From NCBI GenBank assembly GCA_051362555.1, contig CM120649.1, positions 1,240,001-1,304,000 on the forward strand: a DNA stretch of 64,000 nucleotides. Reading direction: 5' to 3'. Below the pieces are notes generated by a model. It searched no databases. It saw only the letters and a program-made list of their open reading frames with translations, and had not been told where the DNA came from. The stretch is from Lingula anatina. Taxonomy: Eukaryota; Animalia; Brachiopoda. Made by a program: the position numbers and the translations under genes. This document shows positions 37,366-50,600 of this stretch, piece by piece. Every line of letters begins with the position of its first letter. Position 1 is the stretch's first letter.

Positions 37366-40074
37366 TGATCATTGAGCAAGGCAAAATCGTCTTTATGGAT
37401 AAGCAATCGCCATCATTTCGCCTACTGTTTGATTCTTAAAATTGACGGAGTTATGTTAAAAATACGGCAGCTTTTTAAAGGATCGCCTTCCTTTGGTATT
37501 CTATCTCAAACAAGAAAATAATTTCCAGACCAATATCACTTTACCTGTAATATGAGGGTGAAAAGAAAAAAAAAAAAAAAAAGAAAAAAAAAGCGGACTC
37601 CCTTGCACGGAGTGACAACAGTCAGTATCAGTATTGTTATTTGTTTTAATCCATTTTCCTGTTTTCATTTATTTTTTTGCTTTCCTTTCCTAGCTTTATT
37701 CATTATTTATTCAAATCGCATTGTAAACTCTACTGATCAAATCTGGGATTTTAAACTGAAAGAAACATTATTATTATTATATTACTATTATAGAATCAAC
37801 CGCCAGTAACGTTTTTTCTCAAATACATTTCTATCAATTAGATCCTAAGTAAAAGAACATGCGCCCATGAGCCTTAAAGTCAATATTAAAACACGTGAAC
37901 GTATACTCAGCTAATACAAAAAAGTGTATTCATCTATATCTTGCCGTGCGTCAAAAACTGGTACAGGGGGACTTACATTGGATCGCTAATAAGGACCAAT
38001 ACCACATGGCTCGTAACATAATAGATCCTAAATATTTTCATTAACCGTTTACCTGTAGTTGTGCGTCAGTTATTTTGTGTTGTTATTGGTATAGTCGTCG
38101 GGGCGGACGCTATAAAAGCAACCCAACTCCTAAAAATCAATGGGCCACCCTTACTTAATTAACGACAAGTATAAATTTTGGTTAACACAAAGAATATGCG
38201 TTCGCAGTTAGCCGTTTCAAATAATGGGAGATCATGTTAAAGTTTTTTTTCAAATTATTTTTCCTCAATATTCTGAATTGATTTTTAACTTTGGACATGC
38301 TATTACAGAGAGGACTGTGTCACGTTGACATCGTGCCTGGAAACGTTCGTTGTTTGTCATTGGAGACAGTTAAATATATACAGTTCAGAAAGGAGAGAAA
38401 TCTAAAATTAACATAATATTTTTTTAAGTTTTAAGTTGCCTGCAAAATGTATTTGAAAAAAAGTTTTTTAGTCATTATACCTACTGAATCCTGGCCGATC
38501 TGAGGAAAAATGGGAGAGTATACCTGTAGAAAAACCATCCTTATGGCTGGAAAAGAACATGCTTTGTTATAGCCCACCAAGATTCTCTTACTTAAAAGTA
38601 TATCTACGTGCATTTTTCATCGTCATTTACAAGTATTATTTCTCAGTGTGTGAATGGCATGAGGAAGGAGTCTTTGACCCATTGTGTTGTAAACTTCCTG
38701 TATTGACTTTGTGTATGAAATAACAATAAAAATTTAATTATTCTTTAAAGGTCATTTATGACACCAAGTTACGTTATAATCACGGTCATACCATAGTTAA
38801 TATATTACATCCATATGCTACAAATGCTCTAAACACCATCTGTAGATGAGGTGTATTTAATGCTAAAACCTTATCATTCTTGTGATGTTGTACTTAGATA
38901 GGGTGGTTAAAAATTCATACGGACGCACCAGAGCGAATCATCTGCAGTATACTCATCCCAGCATTTAGCTAATTATCGACACGTGGACGTATCGATCGAT
39001 GGGAATACAAGCGATCTGAGTGGCAAAATATCGATTATCGATTAAGTGCGCTCGCTTTTATTGTCTCTCCCTGTTATAGATACGTAATTAATCCTAAAGT
39101 TATCCTGACATAGTGACATCGGATAAATTTTAACATGATATTCTACTTGAAAATTAAAATCTGACGCACTATAGGCAATTAGATATGGAGCCATTATTCA
39201 TTTTTGTATGCCTAAGGTAAAGTTATCTTATTATTTAAGTTATTCAGAAAGAAAATCTTTATTCGCAAAAACACTTTTTGTGCCACCAGTATTGCTGTTT
39301 TACCAAACGCATACATGTCTCGATGCCTTCCAAAAAACCCCAAGACGTTGATTTTTATAAGCCAAAGTTAATATCAACGCTTAATAAATCAAGTAATAAA
39401 ACCGTGTATTCATACTATTAATAGTATTAATAGTATTCATACTATTAATACAAATACTAGTACCTGGTTTCATATTGCTCGTACGTCAGACTTTAAATGC
39501 ATGACCGTTTTAATGCAGGCGTTCAGTGTATGGCGCTACTTAACTGCTTCCGGAATTTATAAGGCGAGCGGGATGACAATTCAACTTTGTCGCCCCAAGG
39601 GAGGGCGAGTAAACAAGTAAATAAGGTACTTAATGGGCCATGTGATATAAATACACTGAAATATTTACCTCTGTCCCCATAACTCTTGCCGATATGAATA
39701 CGAGATATTGAAAGAATGACCCTAATGAACCTTGCCAAATTCTCAAATTTCTTAGCCTTACGGTTCACTGATTACAATGCTTTCAAGATCAGGAATATGC
39801 ATGTATCGTCCATAGGACTAACTAAGTGGCATTGCTCTGTGGACTGGCCTTGAAAGACCACACCTGGTGTTTTATGACAATGAAAAAAGAGACCCATTTT
39901 TCTTCAAGTATTGTGATATCAATCTCTAAATAGTCCTGGTTATAATATAGAAATCACTCTTTCGACTTAATGTTTGGGTCGAAAGCATGGGTTAGATTAT
40001 GAGGCGAATGTGACTTGTACAAAAGTAATGGGGAAAAGACTTTGGTTCCTTGGGGACTACCATTCCTGTCACAG

Positions 40075-40109
<35 letters not shown>

Positions 40110-43100
40110 AACCGCTGAGCGATCTCTTTTCATACGCAGATCTGTTTCTTCGTGACATTATTAAAAAAAACCCGGATAGCGTGTGAATTCTGCCATTTTC
40201 GAAAATGGAAGCCATTGGGTTGCCTGAGTGATTTTGTTTCACTCACTGGGCAACGAACCAGTAAAACGTAGAATCATTCTTCAAAATAAATATCAAAATT
40301 ATAAACACTTAGAATTTAGAGAGAGTGGTAAAAGTAATGCATGTGATACCGTACACTGAAGTGAAGTCTATACTCAGTCTTAAAGCAGCTTTGTTAAAAC
40401 TGTCTGAATCTTAACAAAACAAAACTATTGAAAAACGTGTAATGGGGCACAGCTACAGTTAAAACGCCGTTTTTTCAACAAACAAGTCACTATATATGAA
40501 CGGGGTTTCGTAATATTATGCTTGTGTTGTTATGATTTTGTAATATGCCTGAAATTTGTGTTTTGTCGCTTGAAAATTGAACTGCCGCGTATTGCCCCTG
40601 TTGAAATACATCTATCATTCATTATTTTTTCAGGTCCTGCGTTTCGTTCCAATTCAGGTGCTAGTAGTGGTTACATTTATCAATACATATGGTGAGTTTG
40701 ATATCAAATAAGTATATTTCGTGTATTTCATATGTCACATCTGCAAAATAAGGGCTGGGGAACGGACTACTTTTCCTAACGGACTACTATTCTGTCACAC
40801 CTTCTTATAGATGGAGGTCAGGGCGAGGATTTCATCACGGCGGCAACAATGATAAAGTATAAATTTATGCATGAAAAATAAACCTAAATTCACGAAGGGT
40901 TATATTTATGTGTTGGAAAGTACTGTCTATTTTGTATATGTGATCAATTTGTGGCCATTAGCATCTGACCAAAGCGTTATCATTATTTTCCGTTATACGT
41001 GTATTTAAACCACGGCTAGCTCGCAGAACAAAAGACTCGGCATGCGACATACAAGCATGTTGTGTACGAGTGCCTTCCACGGTCTGTTGCACTCCTAGTA
41101 GTACTGTAGTGTACTGTAGTAGCCAATCATAGGCCGTGGTTTAAGCCAGCTACTCGTCGCCAACACTCGTCGCCGAGCTGTACGTGAAAATTACTCGTGT
41201 ATTGTCTCACCTGCGGTTTGACAATACACTCGTAATATTTCACGTAGAGCTCAGGTACTTGTATTGTATCTATCACGTAATAAATGGCTGTATTATCTTT
41301 AACCCTGAACTCTGGTTTGTTTCAGCGTATGGTGCATGTCCAACGATGAACGTTGACCCAGACTTAGACTGGTGTATATCCGACTACGAAACCGACTATT
41401 ACGCGGCTAGAACCGCGTGTAACGCATTATGTGGCTTTCTCCCGGAGTCCTCTAACTCAGGCGACGTAGTCGACTTTGCCTACGATCTTTTGATCGGAAA
41501 CAGTCTGTAAGTGAATTTTTGGTGCAGTGCAGTAGTGCTTAAAAGCCGCACGATGAACGCTTGAAGTTAATTGAAGAGATAATAACTCTTCATAAGAGAT
41601 CTATGTCTCACAATAAAAACATTGTTAACAACTTATAGAAATATAAAATATTCTGTTTACCATAAAAGCAGTTATAGGTATTATTCTGACATCTGAGCTT
41701 GTCGTCAGACCACGTGACCTCCATAGATGGCTATACTCTGTAGTAATCTCTTAGGAAATTATAACATAAAATCAAACTTTTTAGAAAAAAACAGGAAGTA
41801 ACTTTGAATGCAGAAATGGATTCATTAGCCCTTGGTTAGTATGGGAAAATTGTTGTTTACTCCGGGAAAATTCATTTTTTTGGCCAAAACGAACAGTTAT
41901 TATCCATTTAAGCGACATTTTAATTCTTCAAGAAATTTCACTTTCTCGTCAAGATCTGGTATACAACTGTATATGCCGTTTTTAAAAACCGTTCACAGAG
42001 TTTCGCCTCACATCCCTCTATTTTGCTTGCTTTGTACGGGATTCGCAGCAGCCCGGATTTTGCACTGACAAATAAATGACATAATAGTCACGTGCTGATC
42101 ACGTGGTGCCCCTTTATTTAAAACTAGGTCAACAGGACAGAGAGCCTGGATAGGGATATCTAGTAGTGACGGGGGCGGCTGGGTGTACGACTCGGGTACC
42201 AGCGTGACCGACAACGGGAAATGGGACGTCGGCTATACCGGTAGTACCACAGCGCCATCTGGCGAGTGTTATGCAGCAAAATCGGACGAAAATATTGCGT
42301 GGAGCCAACACAATTGTACTGAAGATGGATATTATATTTGTTTTCAATGTAAGTAGGCCCTTAAGTTTGATATTGTTTCGTTTTAAAAATAATTCACAAA
42401 ATACTTAACAGTATAATATGAACCTGCTTCGTATTCACCCTTTAGCCCTGAAATTAAACTTTGTTCAATCTGTTATTAAGTGAATGTCAAGTGAGGGAAC
42501 GATAGCCTTTTATTTGGCATTTTATTATGAAAGCATATACAAATAAAGAACCGTCCGACATTTAAAATCCCAAATTTCTTCTTATAGACAAGTCACCTAG
42601 TTTCTGCTCCGCACCACTAACGATTCCAAACGCAACATGGACAGCTACAGCCGGCGTTAACTGCAGCAATTTATGTTGTAATGAGTACGCCAATGTGACG
42701 TATACATGCAACAATGGCTACGTCCTGACGGGGTTAAACAGCTCCACTATCCAGTGTGTGGGCGGCTCGTACAGCGAAGATGTTTCTACTGGGTACTGCG
42801 AGGGTGAGTGATATGACGTCACTTTGGTTGGCGCCATGGCTGTGCGACAACGTGTCGCTTTGTAGAGCCCAGTCCTGTATTCTACATCAGTGTTATACTG
42901 AGTATACTCATTGTGAATCCTTAACGTAAGAACTTCTTTGCGTTAGGAAATCTACAGATGGCCTGCGTTTCTTCTGTTCTAACGTAGAACATGGTTTGTG
43001 TTGCATACTCCAGGGTTGGGGAATATTTTTAAACAATAACAGCATATTAAAACAAGCAACTTTAACTTTAAAAATATATATTTTTGTATTTTACACATTA

Positions 43101-44614
43101 TATCTAGAACCCCCAACCCAAGCTCCGCCTGTTAACTGCAGTGCTCTTCAAGCAGCTTACCTAGAGGGTACCATAGACTACGGCAATTATACCGAGTTCT
43201 GTAACGACACACTTCCCGACAGTACTACCGTACTTGAAACCACCACGGAAACGATAACAACAGTGGCGGAAACGACCGAAATAAGTACGGCGACGACCGA
43301 ATTAAGCACGGCGACAACCGATTTTAGCACAACAAATGAGGTAACCACGATGGAAACCCCAACCACCACAGTCACAATACCTGAAACGACTAGTGAGACT
43401 ACAAACGAATCCTTGACGACGACAGCCAATATGGCCACTACCGGTAAGTTGGGCATATAAAGCTTATCTCCAGGGAGGGTAAGGTACAGCACATAGTTCT
43501 TTTCCTGTTCCTGATAAAGATGTGTGCCCTGTGTTTTTTTTTTTTTTTTACAGAAAACGTTGATTCGTTAAATAATTGAGGAAAGTGCATGTGATGTAAT
43601 TCTTCTTTTATGACAGAGGGGGTGTTAATTTTGGGGATGCTTTTGTTGAAAATATTGGCTTCTTGTATCTTATGTCGACAACAAAGGATTCTCTGTTCCG
43701 ATGATTTCAACTTTGCCTATTTTATTCATCAGCTTCAAGTATACTGACGTCACTCAATGCGTCAGCGCTGACGTCACCGGAAGCTGTGAGCGGTGCAGTA
43801 GCGGCTGTGGCGAATGCGGTAGGTATACGCTTTGATTATAAAAATAAGAAATTACATATAAATTACATATAAAGTGATTCGAAATAATTTTTTATGAATG
43901 AGTGATACATCCTCATGTCCCCTCAAAATGCGGAGATTATGTTTTTCGAATATACTGGTTGTTTAGGAAATGCCAAAAAAGTGTCCTTTAATGCTGCTTG
44001 ATTTTTAAGATATTGTGATGTTTTTCTTATAGACCTCCTCCACGGCTTCAGAACTTCAACAGGTAAGTTATAAAGTTCTCTATTTATCACAAATAATAAA
44101 ATAAAACTTCTTAAAGTACCTACCAAATCATGGCGAAGCCCTTCCTCCCCCACGTCTTAAAATTTGACAAGTAAAATGATTTCCTTTGGATATCATCGGT
44201 CACTGCGGTCTCATCGACATTGATCAGATCATAAAAAAATGAATCGCCACCAATATATATATATATAACATTTCACACGTTGTATTATATGATTGCTGCG
44301 TTACCATATTATATCACTCATACCATTTCCCAGGCGAGGGATGTCGTCGTCACAGCCATCTCCTCCACAATCAGTTCAGTGAACGACGCGGCGGGTTTGA
44401 ACAACTTGGCCTCCTCCTTGTCCAGCATCACTAGTGCTTCGGCTGACACCATCACTGAGGACACCATGGTGAGACTTTGCACAGACGTTTAAAATCTCTC
44501 TGATAGGAGTCCTAAAGGAGTCTATGTTAATTCTACTCGTACTTTTAAAATAAATGGAAAATGTGGATAAAGTGGACATGTTTATGCACACACACACACA
44601 CACACACAGACGAT

Positions 44615-44647
<33 letters not shown>

Positions 44648-47600
44648 TAGGGAGGTTGATATTTACATTGAAAGCATTGCAGTTTTATAGAGTCTTTAAA
44701 ATCAATTTCATATCGTTGCAGGATAAATCCGTCCTTGCTGCAGAGGCGATCACTTTGAAACTGTCCAGCGCCAACATCAGCACTGCTGAGTTAACTACAA
44801 TAAGTATAGGTAAGTAACTGAGGCAATTCAATTCATACAATTTTATAATAGTAATAACATACATAAATACAACAAAAACCGTATCCACAAAAACATGGCG
44901 TATTAATTATAGTCTTTTTGATAAGATGATCCTGTGCACGTACAAAACTCCTAAATAAATCTGTATATCTATGTTATGGAGCAGTTGCATATATACAGTA
45001 CCTAATACTACACCCACTTTCACTTTCTTTATAATGGTTTCCATGATATTAAATGTTTCAGAGGTAGTCAATTCGATCAGCAACGTTATGGACAACACCT
45101 TAACGGACTCAGGCAACGAAACCGCCAATGAAACTGCGGGGAAAACAGTATGTCAAATTTGCTTTTAAATATTGTAGTTAATAGACGCTATAAAGCTTAA
45201 TGACACTAGGTTTAATTTTGTGATGTCCTTTTTCTAGATGGACTACCTTATACAGGTATATATACCATCCACTCACATTTTAGCCAGTGGTGCATTCTGT
45301 CCAAAACGGATTTAAATGGACGTCAAAGGCGCTTTAATTTTTATCGGAATCACTCATTATTGTTCTTTTATCTCTCCTTTCTCCGTCCCTTCCTTCCTTT
45401 CATCGTCCCCCCTTCCCTCCTTCCTTCTGTCTTTCTTTCGTTCTTACTTTCTTTTACAAGCACGTTGTCACAATATATACTCCCTCCTACTAGGCAAGAG
45501 CAGAGAAAGCCGTCCAGGTTCTCAACACAGTAGTGGACACAATCATAGACACCCTAAACGAGACTTCACCGCCGGTCATTATATCAAACGCCCTAGTGGA
45601 CATTATCGCCCAGAGGGTGGGCGGCAGTCAAGCAGGTGTACAGAATTTTACGACCACCGCTGTCCAGGTTTCCGTGCCGGGGAACTTGGAGACGAACAGC
45701 TCTGTTGACGTGAAGGTAAATTGTTTGATATCATATCTATATAAGAGGGGGGATGAAAATTATGATTGTTGTGGTAGTTTAGGATGTGTGCGAAGAAGTA
45801 TTTATACGCATATTTTACGTTTTGATGCAAAGTACTGAGTAGGAAAACCGAAACGTAATGCCAGAGATTAAAATGTCGGTTTTAGCTGGTGATTTGTAAA
45901 ATGTTCAAAGAAGTACTTGTAAATGGATGCGTATTTAAAACGAAATATTTGTGTAATTAAGAAGAGTTAATGAGAAAGAACGAGCGTTACAAAGGGTCAG
46001 ACCGTGCATACATACATTTAAAGGAAGATATACAGATAGGGATACCCCCGGTATTTGCGCAGTACTATATTTGGTTAATGTTTGGTTTAATTGAAAAAGA
46101 AACTTACTTGAATAACACATTTGATCCATTTTGCTTTTGATCTTAATTATATAATACTCCTCATACCTACTATACCTATTCCAGCTAATGTACTTAAAGA
46201 GGAACCCGTTCACCGCGTCTTCAGGGGGTGAAAACCTCACAACAGGCCTGCTGCAGTTCGAAATGAAGACGGCGACAGGTGAGTTAGTCCCTCTTGGGTC
46301 ATCTCAAGTTGAGGCCGAAATGACCGTCCCGATGACCTTCGCCGAGGCAATCGCTAGCTTGGTCAACATGACTACTGACCGAGGCGTCTCCCAAGTGTTG
46401 ACCGTTGACAATTCGGCCATCTATGTCGTTGTGACCCTCCCGACAAGTCTGAATCTGGTCGTCCTCGGGAAGGTGGGAGGCGAGGCCACCAAACAGAGCT
46501 ATGATTTTAAGTATTCCACGTCGTCAGTGATCGAGTCAAGGGACGAGAGAGTGAACCTGACAACAACGTTCGTGAACGGCTCCCTGGAAATGTTTATACC
46601 TCAATCGACGATAGATGGCGTTTCCACGCTGGGTATATCTGTTTTCCTAGGGACAGGTAATTAACGTGGGAGTGTTTTTTATAATTATAAGGTTTAGGGG
46701 GCATTGTTTACTGTAGGAGTAATAAATGAGAATTCAGTTAATTTATTATAAAACGTATTGGAATTGGGCGGTCTTTTATATTTTTTTAATTTTTAACATT
46801 AAAAATGTTACGTAATATCATACATTATATTATTACAAAATGACACAGCAATCCCAAGTTACTCAAAAGTAAAATACCTACATATTGAACATAAATCTTT
46901 TAATTACTGTATTTATTTGCATGAAATTTTAATTCAGATGACACTGAATTCTGACGTATCCAAAAATTTCTTTGGATGTAAAGTCGATATTTCTTAAATG
47001 CAGCTTCATCTGCCCAAACCACTGGGACCAGCCGGAGACGACTGCTGGCGACGGTCGCCGATTCCAATGTCACCATTTTGTCAACTGCCATCAAACCGAG
47101 TTTTTACAACAGCAGTTCTAAAACGTGGGGCACGTCATCCGGGCTACAGGTATGGAATCAGCTCGTCTTGCAATTTAGAGCTCATGCTTTTAGTATATGA
47201 GAGTTAAATATGCGCCTTGTATTATATGTATGGGCAAAGATATGGATACCCCAGTACTTGAAATTGTTTTTATAGTGAGTAAAAGTAAACCTGGAAATTT
47301 TTGCTCCTTTTGTATATGACTGTGGTTATAAAAATCGCGCCTAGGGATCGACATAACAGGAAATTCACTAGTATCACATAAATGTCTCATTCAATATTTG
47401 GCATAATTCATATTTCAAATCTTGCAATGGTTATTGTAGTTCGCAGACCTTCTTTTCTTGTTTTTTTTCTTCTTCCTTATACAACTTATCGTCAAACACG
47501 AGCCATTGAGGTAATAAATAGTTTGCTAATGTGTTTATTTTTTTTACTAAAATGTGTATATATGTACAATAAATTCACCATTACGAAGCTCCAAAGCCTT

Positions 47601-50600
47601 TATTTAATTATATTAATATATATCAATTCCTGTTTCAGATAAGCGGGGCGTCACAGTCAAGCAAAATCATCTTCAAGAGCAACTTCTTCGGTTCTTTCGC
47701 TGCCGGACTTTTCATCCCTCCCAACACCATCGACTTCGATAAAGTATTTGGCAACTTCGGCGCTCTCCTGGCCCAGTCTCCGCACGTCCTCATTCTCATG
47801 TGTTCCATTGTGGCCCTGTATTTCTTACTGTTGATCTGGGCAAGGAGAAAGGACAAGCAGGACATGCTGATGGTGAGTGGTTGGTTAGAGCAGTTTCACA
47901 CCTAGCGCAATTAACAATGCAGGTAACACAATGTGAGACTACTGGTGTGCCAGGAATCATAGTCCGATTCCCATTACTTTATACAGATGACATTCGTCCT
48001 ATATAACTTGTAGTTATCACTTGGGACGTCGGACGTCTATTCTTAGCACTACCATTCCTGTCACACCAAAGCAGCAGCAATGTTTCATTAACATCGTAAG
48101 ACCAAACATTGATATTTTAAACTTTATACCTTGGTCTTTTTCGATCCAAACTAAACCTGATACAAGTAAAGTAGCAATACGTTCTAACCGTTGACCAGTC
48201 CTGCATTTAATAAAACAGATACAGCACTTTATTTTACTGGACAATGATTGATTTACCTTGGGTAGAAGAAAGCTGAAATTTGGTCTAAACAAATGCACTA
48301 GCTGTCGCCCATGAAGTTCTTTCCAAATAAGAGCATTGCTGATAAAAATGTTACATTTGACGAACAGTCCACATTTTAGCCCTTTTTTTCATAAAATGCA
48401 CATTGTTGTATATCGTTCTTAATTATATATTAATCATATCATATGTTTTCAGTGGACACATCACCATGTGTTGGAAAACGAGCGCATGGATCACCAGCAC
48501 TTCCTGATCAGCGTGTTCACTGGGTCCAAGTCCCCCAAACACACTAAGGTGGTGCCGTTTGTTATCCTCTACGGCACAGAGGGTAAGACGAGACCCAAGG
48601 TACTTCTGGACTTGCGCAGAGAGGTCTGTACAACATGTACACGTAGCTGGTTGAGATGAAATTGCGAAGTTATGAAAGATAAACAAAGGAAGAATCTACG
48701 TGTATATAACCTTTGTATTTAAATAATATTTGGTTTACTTTTATCTTGTAATTTTAACCACTTTTATATTAGTTTTCATTTTATATATTTGAACCTGTGG
48801 TTTTTAATTTGTTTTATATGCATATGCAAACAATGCAGAAACGCATGTGAAGCGTGGTTTTAAGAAATGGATTATTACCATTATTATTGTTTTCTGAATG
48901 GGAATAATTACTTTAGAGAAAAGACTTTTGTAACGTAACTGGTGGTGGTGTTATATTTGTTATGTTAGCGATTGGGAATCACTCATAACAGTGCAATGGA
49001 TAAATTGGCTACATGTATATGCTATAAAAGATCTAAAAATGCTTTTTTCAGACTTACCAGAAGGGAAGCGTGTATAACTTTGTTCTGTCTACACCTCGTA
49101 CCCTCGGTAAACTGACTCACCTCCATGTCTGGCACTGTGATCTAGACAGCAAGGCAGACTGGTTTTTAGATCGGGTTATAGTATACGACGTGCAAAGGAA
49201 AGAGAGGTATGGGACCATATTGTATACTTAAATGAGAAAAAGGACATGTATGAATAAGAAAACAGACCCAGAGGAGTAAGTCCGCCCAACTGATTAAATC
49301 AGCACCCATTTAAAGCCTAGTTGTTTCGGTGATAATGGGAAATGGAATATGTACATTTCGAAGCAATTTATGAAAAAAAAAATTGGACATCATGTTGTCT
49401 CAAAGGTAATCACGAGTTAAAATGAGCAATTAATACACACTGAAAAAAAGCTCTTTCGATCCAGTTTACAGCTTGGAATTTTCCTGGCTATGAAACAGTA
49501 CATATTCACCAACGCAACTGTCAATTTAATAGTTTATTTCGTTTTTTATAAATAATCTACGTGTTCTGTGCGGGATATAGGTAAAATAGGCATTTTCTCA
49601 TAACTTCCAGATCACTCTTCCTCTGTAACCAGTGGTTATCCCTGGACAAAGGAAGTGGACAAACAGACCACTTACTGTCGGCCGCAGACGATGGTTCGTT
49701 GGAGGACTTTAACTTTCTCCTCAAAAATAACGCTAGCCAAAACCTCTTTGACGATCACCTTTGGTTCTCGGTTGCCAAGCGACCGACACCGAGCCGCTTG
49801 AGTCGAGTCCAGCGTCTGACGGCCTGTCTAGCCGTCTTGTTTCTGTGTATGATATCCAACGCCATGTTTTATACAGAGAGTGAGGATACGGCGAATGGTA
49901 TTGTAATCGGCCCCATCGTTATAACATTCAGACAAGTCTATGTAGGGTTAATCAGTAGTTTATTAGTCGTTCCGCCAACTTTTGTTATTCTGGAAATCTT
50001 CCGAAGAAGTAAACCCAAGACTACGAGCAGGACTATTTTTCCTTATACCAAAACGCATGCACCAAAAGAGGAAGTGAAACATCCGTCATCGAGTACCATT
50101 TCGAAAGAAAATGGCGAATATTATGAAGCGGTGGAAAAAGCTCTCTTGATTTGTCAGAATTACAAAGTCAAACACGACAAGCTGGAATTCAAAAACCAGG
50201 TTTCTCATTTTGGAGAGAAAGGTGCTGTTGCAGACGATATTAAAAGCCCTCCCGAGGCGACGACAGCGCCATCTGGAAAGAAGTCAAGAAAACCACTTCG
50301 TTTCCCCTGGTGGGCCATCGTCTTTGGTTATATATTGTCATTTCTGGCTATTGCAACGTCGGCTTTCTTTGTATTGTTGTACAGTCTAGATTGGGGTGCC
50401 ACCAAGTCTTCTAACTGGCTTTTATCGATGTTCTTTGCTTTCACGGAGTCTGTGATCATCGTTCAACCATTAAAGGTATGTGTGTGTATACATACTACTA
50501 AAATGGAATGTATCTGGCAGAAATGTGTTAAAAATCCTTCTGAATTAGCCTTTAGTGCTAGAGCGTTTTTGCATAGCGTGTTAAATAGGGAACTAAAAGT

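Noticed and set aside
39405-39452. AT-rich mixed direct/inverted repeat (CATACTATTAATAGTAT)
   Set aside because: Short, low-complexity slippage product with no evidence of function.
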